Notes under the pieces: model-generated
What the model was told of the DNA's origin: nothing
The model's input: only the letters and a program-made list of their open reading frames with translations
The model's database searches: none
Assembly (NCBI GenBank): GCA_964247055.1
Contig: OZ176057.1
Location: 4,340,001-4,404,000, forward strand
Origin: Paragordius varius
Lineage: Eukaryota > Animalia > Nematomorpha
DNA length: 64,000 nucleotides
Reading direction: 5' to 3'
Part shown: one piece after another, positions 1 through 11,814 of the stretch
Numbering within the stretch: the first letter of the stretch is position 1
Layout: each line of letters opens with the position of its first letter
Made by a program: the position numbers and the translations under genes

Positions 1-569
1 AAGTTTATAAAATTATGTAATATTTTATGGAATAAGGCATTTGTTTTTTCTCGAAAATTTTTACAGCAAAATTTCAATTTAATCATTGTCTGATATAGAC
101 CGGATCTAATGGTAACCTCTTTTGCAAACCTACAATTTGCACATAATCCTATGTAAAATACATAATATATATGAATGGTGTTTTAGGTGGAATGTGTGAT
201 ACTACAAGAAAATAAATTTAAATTATGGTTAAAAAAGACAATTGTATTCATTTTAAAATTATTTTTAAGTTTGATTAAGTCAAACCCTTATTCTGGCCTT
301 TGAATTCAATTGTATGATATATGATTAATACATTTCCTATAATCCCGTTTAATCAAATATATATTAAATTTTCGCAAGTAACTTTAAAATCTAAAATTAT
401 TTCAAATGTAATCGATAAAATAGTAAATAAACCTTTGCTATATAAAATAAATTATTAGTTTTATTAGATTATTTTATTTTAAATTATCTCTAGATCAATG
501 TGCTTCAGTATATTTTGGTCTTAAAATAAAACTAATATTTAAAAGCTTAATTATCATAAAAAAGTATAA

Positions 570-800
570 ATTTTAACCAAAAATAGGTAAAAAAATGGAT
601 ATATATATATATACAAAACCCCAAGTAGTCAAATAGTTGTGTGGTACTGTTGAGTGTTAACAAGCAAGAAAAATGTGGATGACGACACGAAAAGTTACAC
701 ATATCATTTATAATTTTAGTATATAACTATAATTTTCAATCAATATTTTAATTAATTTTCGGTTATCATTAAATTACGGATATAACTACTATACATTATC
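570..800 (+). mobile_element. Degenerate copy of the hammerhead-bearing family-1 element
   Basis: AAAACCCCAAG..TCAAATAGTTGTGTGGTACTGTTGAGTGTTAACAAGCAAGAAAA..CACATATCATTTATAATTT is colinear with 11290-11400. The core is mutated (CTGTTGA, stem II disrupted). Boundaries approximate. Confidence 0.65.
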
Positions 801-1444
801 AATTCGTCATTTACCTTTATAAAGTTAACTTTGTTTTAATTAAAAATTTATTTTAAACACGAGTTAAATTACTAAAAAAAGATTTGGATTTCAGGTGAAG
901 ACACAGCTATAACAAGTAATGCCGTTTATAGTTATCCTTTAACTATTTGTTAATGATTGAAAACTAAAAAAATATTACCACTTTCGCTTATTTCGCTTTC
1001 AGACACTTCTAAATTTTTAAATTATTTTATATGATGAAAAAAATTGATAAATATTCAAAAAAATATTAATGCATATTTTACCACTGATTATTTCTTCGTC
1101 CTCTACAATATTAATTATTTACATATATTACATTGAACATAAAATTACGCGCACAAAATGTAAAAACTAAAGCTTATATATAATATTTTTTAGACTATTT
1201 ATTTAGACTTAACTTAAAGTCTTAAAATTAGGAGTGTCCAACAAGTGCCCCAAACTCTCTTTGCGAACTAAATTTAGGAAATATATAATTTGCTAAAATA
1301 TGCCCAAAAATCTTAATAAAATTGATATTCTCAAACAATATTTTAAATAAGTGTATACTTGGCGTTGAGATGGAGAAAATTGTTATATTGTGTACTTAAA
1401 GTCTTATGTTTAAATTTTATTAATAATTTATAAATGTCTATATA

Positions 1445-2421
1445 TACCATTTACAGTTCTAATTTACCCTTATACAATTCAAACTCACCCTCGAACAATA
1501 CATTCACTTATAACAATATAAATTCACTCATGAAAAATTCAAATTCACCTTAAATATCTTATGCGTTTCCGAACTAATGTAACTATTTATTTTTATTAAA
1601 AATATATAAAAATATAGGTAATTTTAATTTTTAATGTATTTTATTTAAAGGTGAATTTGAATTGTTTGAGGGTGAATTTGAATTATACCATTTACACTTC
1701 AAGAGTGTCCTTGAACAATTCAAGTTGGTCCTTGAACAATTCAAGTTGGTCCTTGAACAGTTCAAGTTGGTCCTTGAACAATTCAAGTTGGTCCTTGAAC
1801 AGTTCAAGTTGGTCCTTGAACAATTCAAGTTGGTCCTTAAACAATTAAGTTGGTCCTTTAACTTTTTTGTTTTGTTTTTAACTTTTATCAATCAAATCGA
1901 TAATAATTCGTCTATTTTATTGTTTTTAACCTATTTTTTATTATTTAACATAAATTTTAAATCGATATCAACTATTAATCTTTGAAAAACCGTATATTTT
2001 TATTGATTTCTTAAAATAAATTTAGATATTTATAAGATTTTAACACGAAATGAAATATATAAGTTTTCTGGGTTATTTATTAAAATTTTTCATTAAAAAC
2101 ATTTAAAAGTCAATAATTTTGTTCAATTGAAAAAAAATAGTTTTAAACAAAAAAAGTGGTTTTTTAATAAAAAAAATTATTTTTAAATGAATAAATATAT
2201 AATAAATAAAGAAAATTAGGTTAATAAATAATTAAATAAAAAAATAAATGCAAAAATTATGGTTAAATCAAAATTTATAAATTTTAAGGACCAACTTGAA
2301 CTGTTCAAGGACCAACTTGAATGGTTCAAGGACCAACTTGAATTGTTCAAGGACCAACTTGAATTGTTCAAGGACACTCTTGAAGTGTAAATGGTATATT
2401 TAAGGGTAATTGTAAATTGTA
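1445..2421. mobile_element. Foldback/MITE family A (TACCATTTACA termini, 21-bp AATTCAAATTCACCCTTGAAC-type subterminal repeats), interrupted by a family-B element
   Basis: Left end TA|TACCATTTACAG and right end TGTAAATTGTA|TA. The right-arm repeat array is split by the 1686-2396 insertion. Confidence 0.7.
1686..2396 (+). mobile_element. Foldback/MITE family B, copy B1 (21-bp TTGAACAATTCAAGTTGGTCC arrays in inverted arms)
   Basis: TIRs TACCATTTACACTTCAAGAGTGTCC / GGACACTCTTGAAGTGTAAATGGTA flanked by TA. About 7 repeat units in the left arm and 4 inverted units in the right arm. A TA target is consistent with the Tc1/mariner superfamily (inference). Confidence 0.9.
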
Positions 2422-2952
2422 TATAAATGCGGCCAGCGAAACTATTTGTGTTGGGACACATATCTCTAATTTAATTATATAAGAATTATTATCGGAAAAT
2501 CATAATTATGTATACAATAAAAAATTTAACCTGTCATAACTAAATATATATTTCATATAGTGTAAAAATAATTTTTTGCATTAAATTTGTAACTTAATGA
2601 TAAAATAATTAAAACTTAATATCATTAATTTCAATAGCTTTATAATATCAATGCAACCAAAAATTTTACGATTCCGTTTTAATTGGGAATCTTTATGTCC
2701 CACAAATTGACGTAATTGGCGTTATAAATAGTTTTTAGCGAAAATCACTTGAAAAAAATAACTGGAATGACAAAAATTTTAGCACTAAATTAAACAAAAA
2801 TAATTTTAAGGTATGGTATTTCAACTTTGCATTTTCATTTTTGGTTTTAAACGCTTCCAAATTCTTTTGCTAGTTATTTTAAAAAAGTTTGTTAGCTTCA
2901 ATTGTTAGCAAGAATTAATAAAATTTTGCTTTATTACTTATGGCCTAAATTA

Positions 2953-4006
2953 CACTAGACAACAAATTTTAACTTTTTTGCCATTCTGTAAATTTAAAAT
3001 TTATTTCATTAAAGTACATAATTAGTATATCTGAAAAGAAAAATGGTTTAGCCTGGAAGAATTTTTTTATATTAGAGTTTATCGATAATTTTTGGCCCCG
3101 TTTTAACATTAAACTCGAAATTTCTAAAAAGTTTTAGATATGAAGCCATGTATTTTATATCATTCGAAAGAGCGCAAAAATCTGCATATTTTAAATGGTA
3201 GTAAGTCATTTAAATCAATTGGATGTAAAAGTTATTTGGATTTAAATGATCGAAATTTTCAATCCTTAAATAAGTCAAGATTTTTCACAGACAAACTAAT
3301 TTGAAAATCATATAAATTATTTTAATATAATTATTAGGGTTATATTTGTATTTAATTTAAAAAAATGTTTGAAAAAGCTTTTGGTTTGCTTTTTAATAAA
3401 AATTATTATTATCATAAATATTTTATTAGTGGATACTAAAATGCATAATTATAAAATTTATTACATAATGGCTATAAAAGATCAAAAATACCTTAAACTT
3501 TGTTTTTATTTTTAAAATTTCGAAATTATCAGCCTTGTAAAGAAAATAAATTAATATTGATGAGATAGTAATTTTTTAAAAAACAAAATACTTAAAAATG
3601 GCTGTTTTGAGTGACATAAAACCAATAAAAAAATGTTTTAATTAAAAAAATCTTGTGTTATCTTTTTTGGACATTCATCATCATCTAAACAAAGTTTGAG
3701 CTATTTTCATCCATTAGTTTTAAAAATATATTAATTAAAAAAAAGCTCTTGCTTCGCGCGTTTGTCGCTCTCTGTGTTCAATATTAACTGTCGATGTAAA
3801 ATATTAGTATGCATTTTATAGAGTTTTTATTACTCTTACGATTGATATATTACAAATGGGCATTACTTGTATATTTTCAAAGAAAAATATTTTTTAGTAA
3901 ATTCTTCCATCGAGTTATAATTTCTTTTTCAGATTTACTGTTAAAATGATACTAAATATCAGAAAATTCAAAAAACTCGAGTGGCAGAAAAATTTGTTGT
4001 CCAGTG
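2953..4006. mobile_element. Tc1/mariner-type MITE
   Basis: TA|CACTAGACAACAAATTTT at the left end and AAAATTTGTTGTCCAGTG at the right end (17/18 inverted match). The right TA is altered. Confidence 0.7.
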
Positions 4007-4206
4007 TTATCAATCAACACAAAACAACCAATATATTAGGACGTTTCCTTTGTATTTTTAAGCCGCCCTCTCTAATATGCATTTTTTTATTTAGATGAAT
4101 AGCAGAAAAGTTGAATAATAACCATTTTAAACGCATTCATTCAATTTTAACATAGCTGTGATGTATGATTCGATAATATAATTTGAACCAATTTTTGTGC
4201 TACATA

Positions 4207-4959
4207 TACCATTTACACTTCAAGAGTGTCCTTGAACAATTCAAGTTGGTCCTTGAACATTTCAAGTTGGTCCTTGAACAGTTCAAGTTGGTCCTTGAAC
4301 AATTCAAGTTGGTCCTTGAACAGTTCAAGTTGGTCCTTGAACAATTCAAGTTGGTCCTTGAACAATTCAAGTTGGTCCTTAAAATTTATAAATTTTGATT
4401 TAACCATAATTTTTGCATTTATTTTTTTGTTTTATTATTTATTAACCTAATTTTCTTTATTTATTATATATTTATTCATTTAAAAATAATTTTTTTTTGA
4501 AAAACCACTTTTTTGTTTTAAATTATATTTTTTCAATTGAACAAAATTATTGACTTTTAAATGTTTTTAATGAAAAATTTTAATTTATAACCCAGAAAAT
4601 TTATATAATTTTTCATTTTATGTTAAAATCTTATAATATCCAAATTTATTTTAAGAAATTAATAAAGATATACGGTTTTTCAAAGATTAAAAGTTGATAA
4701 TTATTTAAAATTTATGTTAAATAATAGAAAATAGGTTAAAAACAATAAATTAGACGAATTATTTTCGATTTGATTGATAAAGGTTAAAAACAAAACAAAA
4801 AAGTCAAAGGACCAACTTGAATTGTTCAAGGACCAACTTGAATTGTTCAAGGACCAACTTGAATTGTTCAAGGACCAACTTGAACTGTTCAAGGAGCAAC
4901 TTGAATTGTTCAAGGACCAACTTGAATTGTTCAAGGACACTCTTGAAGTGTAAATGGTA
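4207..4959 (-). mobile_element. Foldback/MITE family B, copy B2 (inverted relative to B1)
   Basis: Same TIRs and TA flanks as B1, with 7 and 6 repeat units in its arms. The central region is the reverse complement of the B1 centre. Confidence 0.9.
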
Positions 4960-5252
4960 TAATAGCCATTTATTATGTTGTTCAATTAAATTTTATAAAA
5001 CCAGATAATAGTTTTAAAATACTAAATGAAAATCTACATGATTCCACCTTCTCTAATATAAATTTTAGCAATCATGATATAAATGTAATCCAAAATTAAA
5101 AAAATTACAATTCGTTCCATCATGATTCAAATGAATTCCAACATCTTTATATAAATATAATACACATCAAATGTTATTGAAAATAATAACTGTTAATTAT
5201 TTTGTAATATATTTCGGACTTACTTTCCACATCTTGACTCAACATTTGAAAA

Positions 5253-5256
<4 letters not shown>

Positions 5257-5298
<42 letters not shown>
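5257..5298. repeat. (AT)n microsatellite
   Basis: Uninterrupted AT run, one of more than 10 such tracts in the window. Confidence 0.95.
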
Positions 5299-5300
<2 letters not shown>

Positions 5301-7482
5301 TATTGTAAATGCTAAGATTTTTCAGATACCATAATATGAAAAAGAAAAACTATTTGTAATTACTTATTTTTCACCGTTTTACCCTAATCGCCAAGAATAT
5401 TAATAACTTTTTTGCATAGTGATACCAATAATTTTTATTTAAAACTATCAATGTATGCTCTTATTATATTAAAATAAGTACTGTGCATAGCTTCCTCTAA
5501 AGATATATATATATATATATGGTAATGTAAGTTATACCTTTTTTTAGTATATAACGGTTAAATCAAAATATTTTTTATGAAATATTAAGTTGTTTAGTAG
5601 CATATAATTAAACAGTCATTATGATTTAATTCCTATTATATACTAATAATGGATAACTGTTTAGTGTTATATCTTTTGAAATTATAAATGACATGTAAAA
5701 TATGCAATTAAATATATCAATGGCAAACTCTAGATTATTTTTTTAAAGGCACGAAAACATTGAAAATATATAGCAACATTTTAAAAAATTTGTTTATAAA
5801 TAATTTTAAAAGTCCCATTGTAACCCCTCCAAAAAAAGAGCTTGTTTTAGAAACCTGGGTTTTTTGGTTTCTTAATTTCCTTTAGAAGTATTTAATGTTT
5901 ATGTTTTAAATATAATAAATTGTATATATATAGGGTTCCCTCTTAAAAATGGTTTTTTTGCTGACTCCGGACATCTTTTATAGTCTCCACAACCGTTCGT
6001 ATTTTTTATTTATGACACGTTATTATATTTATTTTGATATATTATATCAATTGAACACATTCCTATACATGAGCACACCATTACACTGATTGCCATAATT
6101 TAATTAGCGAACGTTTGAATTACTATCATTCATTAGGCTCGAACTTTCCTGATTAGGCTATCCAGTTTAAAACTTAATTCAGTTTTCAAAAAGACTTGTT
6201 AGTTATAGATTGAATATTATTACCTCGAATTTAAGCTCTATGATATACAAAAACTTCATTTAAAAATTTGCCAAATCAAACATCCTCGCTTTCATAACTG
6301 CCTCTATACAAAACTCTAATTCATTAATCTAAGTTAATACAGATATGTTAAGTATAAGTCCAAAATTAACCACTGTTCATTATTCCAGAATTAAACTTTT
6401 CCAGCTACTTGGTACCTTTTGTAGGCGACACAGTAAAAATTGAAATTATACGGACAAAACGTAAAAATATAAAAACAAATATTTTAATATAAAAGACAAG
6501 CATACATATTATCATTTTTTCTATATAAGCTATTTAATTAAGATTTTAAAATATATAATTGAATCTTTTAATAATATATTCTTCTGAATGACGGTTATAT
6601 ATGTAAAAAAATGGATTTCAAAATGGTTGTCTTTTAGGAAAACGATTGTCTTTCGTATGATATCAGATTTTACTGCATGTATATAAACACCGAATCGACA
6701 TAGTTATAATTCTATAGCAAATTAGTATTATATTTATATTATTTAGAACACACTAAACTGTCTTTATTTGATTTTATCGTTACTATGGTTTATTGTAACC
6801 TCCAATAATCATTTCTTATAAACACTTTTAAAAAGTTTCCTTACTAACTCTTGATAATGCCTTTAAAGGTGTAAACATATAATAAATAGCACCAAATCTG
6901 TTCCCATTCCCAACATACGTTTTATACAATGCATAACTTTCTCAAATATTATATCCCAGTTAAAGACAACCGTATTGCTTATACCAGTCCCAAAAAAATA
7001 ACATCTATATTTAAGTTTTAATTATTATTTCTGTAATATCATTTATGATTCAAATGATGTGTTAAAATGTATTTACTTTGTATATTCTAAAACACAAGTT
7101 TTTGTATTAGAACAAAGTTGCGGATAATTGTTTGCAACTGTGCATCCAATTAATAACCCTTCAATTACAATAAGTAATAAATCAGCGGTATCATTAGATA
7201 TAAAATGATAAAATATTATTCTGCATTGATCCCAAATATTTTCGAAATTTACCAATTTTGCACCTTGGGTTTATCAAACATTTGATGGGGTCAGGCATAC
7301 AAAAGGCGATTATATTAGTTTTAGTAGAAGCTACTATAAAATCGATTCATAGCTCATTAAACTACATGGTTTTATAGTTTAAACCAGTCCGCAAAAAATA
7401 TTTATCTTGTTTCAGGGAACATAAAACACCGATTATAATAACTGTATGACACATTTGTGCATACTTATATCTTTTATAAATA

Positions 7483-7808
7483 TATCAAATTACGGCGCAA
7501 ATTTACCCCTGAAACTTCAAATTTACCTGCGAACAATTAAAATTCACCCTTGAACAATTCACTTATTCTGAAATAAAGTACCATGTTTTTATTAAAAATT
7601 ACTCTATTTTATTTATTTTAAAAAATATAATTTCGATTTAAATTAACATTATACTGAAAGTATAAATTATGGCATGAGGAAATAATTTATTTTAATTATA
7701 TCACCTATATTAGCATGAAAACACAATTTATTAGGGTTAATAATTGTGTAAAGGTGAATTCATACTGTTTGAGGTAAATATGAGGGTGAATTTGAGGTGT
7801 AAAAGTGT
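7483..7808. mobile_element. Degenerate family-A MITE
   Basis: AAATTCACCCTTGAACAATTC-type repeats on the left and GGGTGAATTTGAGGTGTAAAA on the right. The centre resembles other family-A copies. Confidence 0.6.
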
Positions 7809-8049
7809 GTTTCAGGGCCGCGATTTGAATAAATTATGGTTTTAGGTATTATAAATATAAATGTATAAATAATGTATTTTTATGGGTTAAATAATAATAT
7901 TATATAATATACCTATATTAATTTCTCCATCTAATATAATTATAGTGAATTATGATTAAAAGTACTTAGTAAGCTTTGTTCCAAGTTTGCTAAATTCACA
8001 TCTATATCTATATGGATACATGTTAAATATATATATATATATATATATT

Positions 8050-9016
8050 CTGTGTACAAAAAAAATTCAACAAAAAATTTTTTTTTCATGAGATAGCTTA
8101 TCAGGGTATTCATTTGCCGCAAAAATTTTATTTGTTGACAACATAATTTTTAATTGAGAGAAAATCGAAATCGGGCAAAAAGTAATTATAATATAGGATA
8201 ATTCAAAAAATAATGTTAAAATGAAATATTATCGTTTATTATCATTTAAGATATTTTCAATATATAAATAGCCTAAAACCATATAGTTAGAGGTTCTAAA
8301 AAATATAGGTCAAAAGATGGCGTTTTTCTTTTATCACACTTAATTAAAAGACAAAAAAATTTAATAAAACTATATTAAAATATTTTTTTTAATTATTTAC
8401 TACATAAACTCACTATTAAAATCTTAACATTCATATTTTATTCAGGAAAAAAAACTTCTATATCAAAATAAAATCAAAAATATTGTTTTTTATTTATGCA
8501 TTTTTTTGTCATCTGGATTATGAGTGTATAAAAATTTTATACTGTTTTATTTTGGATTCTTGCATGAGTGGGAATTATTAAGTATATAATATATGCAAAA
8601 TAGGATTGAAATTAGTGAATATCAACCAACAATCCGTACAAATCCCAATACAAATATTAATTTGTCATAAAAACTTGTTACAGGAAATTGTAAGGATTGT
8701 TGGTTGATATTCTTCTACTTTTAAATCCTATTTTGCAATTATATATTTAATAATGCCAATCATGTAAGAATCCAAAATAAAAACAGTACAAATTTTTTAT
8801 ATACTCATAAACCAGAGGACCAAAAAATGCAAAAACAAAAAACAATATTTTGGTTTTTTTTTATTTAGAAGTTTATTTTACTGAATAAAATATGAATGTT
8901 AAGAATTTAATAATAAGTTTAGGTAGTAAATAATTAAAAATTTTGTCTTTTAAGTGTGATAAAAGAGAAACGCCATCTTTTGACCTGAAAAACCCTAACT
9001 ATTTGATTTTAGGCTA

Positions 9017-9020
<4 letters not shown>
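8050..9020. mobile_element. Long-palindrome foldback element family C, copy C1 (outer right arm missing)
   Basis: Colinear with 25611-26867 (CATGAGATAGCTTAT..TTCATTTGCCGCAAAAATTTT..GAAAATCGAAATCGGGCAAAAAG). Internal arms are inverted about approximately 8630-8700. It starts in a (TA)n tract and ends at another. Confidence 0.8.

Positions 9021-9060
<40 letters not shown>
9021..9060. repeat. (AT)20 microsatellite
   Basis: Direct read of the sequence. Confidence 0.95.
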
Positions 9061-9065
<5 letters not shown>

Positions 9066-9959
9066 ATGAAATCTATAGCAATTTTTGTTTTTGATCATAA
9101 TATCAATATTGAATTAAAAAAAATAATAGAAAACATATTAAATATTCGAGAATAACAGTATTAATAGCATCAAAACATAATTCCAAAATAAATAATAATA
9201 ATAATAGGCTTGTGTTTAAGTCATATATATAAAAAAGGTAAGGACAAAAATTAGATTTATAACATAGAGGTCTAATTGTAATGTTTAAGAGTGTATATAA
9301 TATTTTGCCCTAAGCGCTTTTATTTTTAGCACATTAGCTTATAAACTGTTTGTATAATAAATGTTTTGGTATACGATATTGGATAAAACATTTGTTTTAC
9401 CGATTAAGTAATACTTTAATGATTTTAAAGTTAACATATTTTAAATTTTGCTACAAAATGAACTATATATATAAGTTTAAAAATGGGTAATCATACGTGT
9501 ATAATTTTTATAAAAAAGCACCTATCTAAAAATATTAAGTAAATTTTACATTTTTTTATAAAAGGTTTTCAAAATACTTTTCTTTATATTTCCCCATTCT
9601 GAAGGCTTTGAATTAAAAAAAATTGTATATTTATTATTTATATATTTAATGGAAATAATATGATGAAGTAGAGCTGAAACGATATTTAGATAATTCTTTT
9701 AATTTTATTCCTGAGAAGTACAAAATAACTTTAATTTATATTATTATGGCTCGCAAATATTTTTAATAATATTAATATGTTTCTTTATTTAGCTTTATTA
9801 ATTTTATGCTTAATCTGCAATTGAGTTAGAAAAAATATAATATTTTTTAAATTACAAAATTTGCCAACCCAAATTTTAAGTCCTATATATATTTTTGGTA
9901 ATGCCCAAAATATTACACTCTGCAAATAAATCACCCGTTTAGAATGGGCTGCTGAGTGC

Positions 9960-10390
9960 GTTGATTACGCGAAACCAAACAGGTTATAATTGAAAGAGAA
10001 ATGAAAAGATTGAATTTGAATATACTGGTTTTAAGGGAGACTAAGCAAAAAGGTAGGACGAAAGCACAAAATGAAAAAAATATTATTCTACTGTTTTGTC
10101 TCAAAAAGGTTCATGGCTTTTTGAAGAAGCTGCTGGAAGAAGATGATAGGATACACCTGGATAATAAAATTAAGATTGGAAAGCCAACTATACAAATAAA
10201 TCCTAAAACAATAATCTAAAAAGAACGTTAAGATATTTTGGTCATGTCAAACTATCAATTCCTTTAGAAAGAAGTTAAAAGGGCGAAAAGGCCGACCACC
10301 GATGAGATGGTTAATCAAAGATACTAAGATGACATTGAACGATTCGAAAATAGCTCTTAAGAAGAAGTAAGAATCAATAGTAACTATATC
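9960..10390 (+). pseudogene. RTE-clade non-LTR retrotransposon relic with a large internal deletion
   Basis: APE N-terminal motif EREMKRLNLNILVLRETKQKG, followed within about 250 bp by RTE C-terminal motifs LRYFGHV and KGRPPMRW. Stops and frameshifts throughout. Confidence 0.7.
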
Positions 10391-10560
10391 CAAAAAGTTG
10401 TTTACGACTTTGGAATAACCAACCATTTAATGTGCAAGAATGCTTTGTAACTGCAAAATGAATCTCTTCGTCTACTTAATATGGTTTATTCGTGGAGATA
10501 ATTATCCTTATTTAAATTAACACCATAAAGAAATGACATTTTTCCATTAAAAATCAAATA

Positions 10561-10599
<39 letters not shown>

Positions 10600-10964
10600 C
10601 ATACTTTATTATGATAAATGTCATCTATTAAACACGTCCGTTTGTTCATAGAGATACTCAGTATTTTGCAATAAATTTTTACATCAAAATTTCCTTCTTA
10701 AAAAATTATTTTAAAATTAACGAAGTTTATATGAAATTATAAATGTCATAACTAATCAAGATAACTCTTCTAATCCTTTTAGATATCGGGTTATTAATTA
10801 TTTGATTAGCATTGGGCCTAACAAAAATATTGTAATGGTAATTAACGGATTGGTTATGTTTTGTAATGACAGTTGTTAAAATCCGTAATATAACGATAAA
10901 GGATAATTAAATAGAATTAAATGAAATTATATATAGAAATTATAAACGATATGTGAAACCCTTC

Positions 10965-11030
10965 GTCAATAGTAATCGCAGATTAGTTTCGTGCTTGTTA
11001 GCACTCATCAGTACGACACAATTATTTGAA
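10965..11030 (-). ncRNA. Type I hammerhead ribozyme motif HHR1
   Basis: Minus strand: TCGTA CTGATGA GTGCT-AACA-AGCAC GAAA CTAA TC|TGCGA. Catalytic core, stem I and stem II are intact; stem III has a C-A mismatch relative to the consensus ACTAGT. Confidence 0.85.
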
Positions 11031-11299
11031 TTGGGGTTTTCACATATCGATTCCGTATATATATCCAACTTTGCAATTTTGGTATAAATGCAGTTGGTTA
11101 TACGAATTTAAATTAAATTTAATGTAATTTATGAAAATTAAACTGAAAATTTGAAAATAAACTGAAAATTAACTCTAGGGGTGAGCCTAGATTTAGAGTA
11201 TAGCTACTTAGGGATTTCATAGAAATCAATTTAATAACTAATTTATACCAAAATTGCAAAGTTGGATATATATACGAAATCGATATGTGAAAACCCCAA

Positions 11300-11362
11300 G
11301 TCAAATAGTTGTGTCGTACTGATGAGTGCTAACAAGCAAACTAGTCTGCGATTACAATTAAC
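11300..11362 (+). ncRNA. Type I hammerhead ribozyme motif HHR2 (core deletion)
   Basis: TCGTA CTGATGA GTGCT-AACA-AGCA [CGA deleted] AA CTAGTC|TGCGA. Palindromic stem III (ACTAGT) and the GUC site are intact. Confidence 0.75.
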
Positions 11363-11749
11363 GAAGGGTTTCACATATCGTTTATAATTTCTATTTATAA
11401 TTTCATTTAATTCTATTTAATTATCCTTTATCGTTATATTCCGGATTTTAACAACTGTTATTACAAAACATAACCAATCCGTTAATTACCATTACAATAT
11501 CATCTTTATCTTATGTTTCTTATCATAATAGAGTGCTTCTTAGTTATTAAATTGATTTCTATGAAATTCCTAAGTTGCTATACTCTAAATCTAGGCTCAC
11601 CCCTAGAGTTAATTTTCAGTTTATTTTCAAATTTTCAGTTTAATTTTTATAAATTACATTAAATTTAATTTAAATTCGTATAACCAACTGCATTTATACC
11701 AAAATTGCAAAGTTGGATATATATACGAAATCGATATGAGAAACCCCAA

Positions 11750-11814
11750 GTCAAATAGTTGTGTCGTCTGATGAGTGCTAACAAGCACGAAATTAGTCTG
11801 CGATTACTATTGAC
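11750..11814 (+). ncRNA. Type I hammerhead ribozyme motif HHR3
   Basis: TCGT CTGATGA GTGCT-AACA-AGCAC GAAA TTAGTC|TGCGA, with predicted cleavage after C11798. Distal stem I GTCAAATAGT/ACTATTGAC lies beyond a UGUG/UU internal loop. One A is missing from proximal stem I. Confidence 0.85.

Noticed and set aside
1710-1860. CRISPR-like regular repeats
   Set aside because: The units are directly abutting, with no unique spacers and no cas genes, in a eukaryotic TE context.
1710-1860. Heat-shock-element-like GAA..TTC motifs in the 21-mer
   Set aside because: The spacing is GAA-3nt-TTC, not the nGAAnnTTCn of an HSE.
1631-5008. ORFs with heptad repeats (EQFKLVL, CSRTNLN, NNSSWSL)
   Set aside because: They are translations of the 21-bp MITE arm repeats, open in several frames on both strands; they are not coiled-coil genes.
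6080-7330. Possible LINE RT relic (minus-strand KYLGS)
   Set aside because: A single short motif requiring a frameshift; I could not find supporting motifs by eye.
9948-9985. Hammerhead-like string CTGCTGAGT GCGT-TGATT-ACGC GAAAC
   Set aside because: The core is CTGCTGA with two extra bases before stem II, there is no convincing stem I or cleavage site, and it lies in the RTE endonuclease reading frame.
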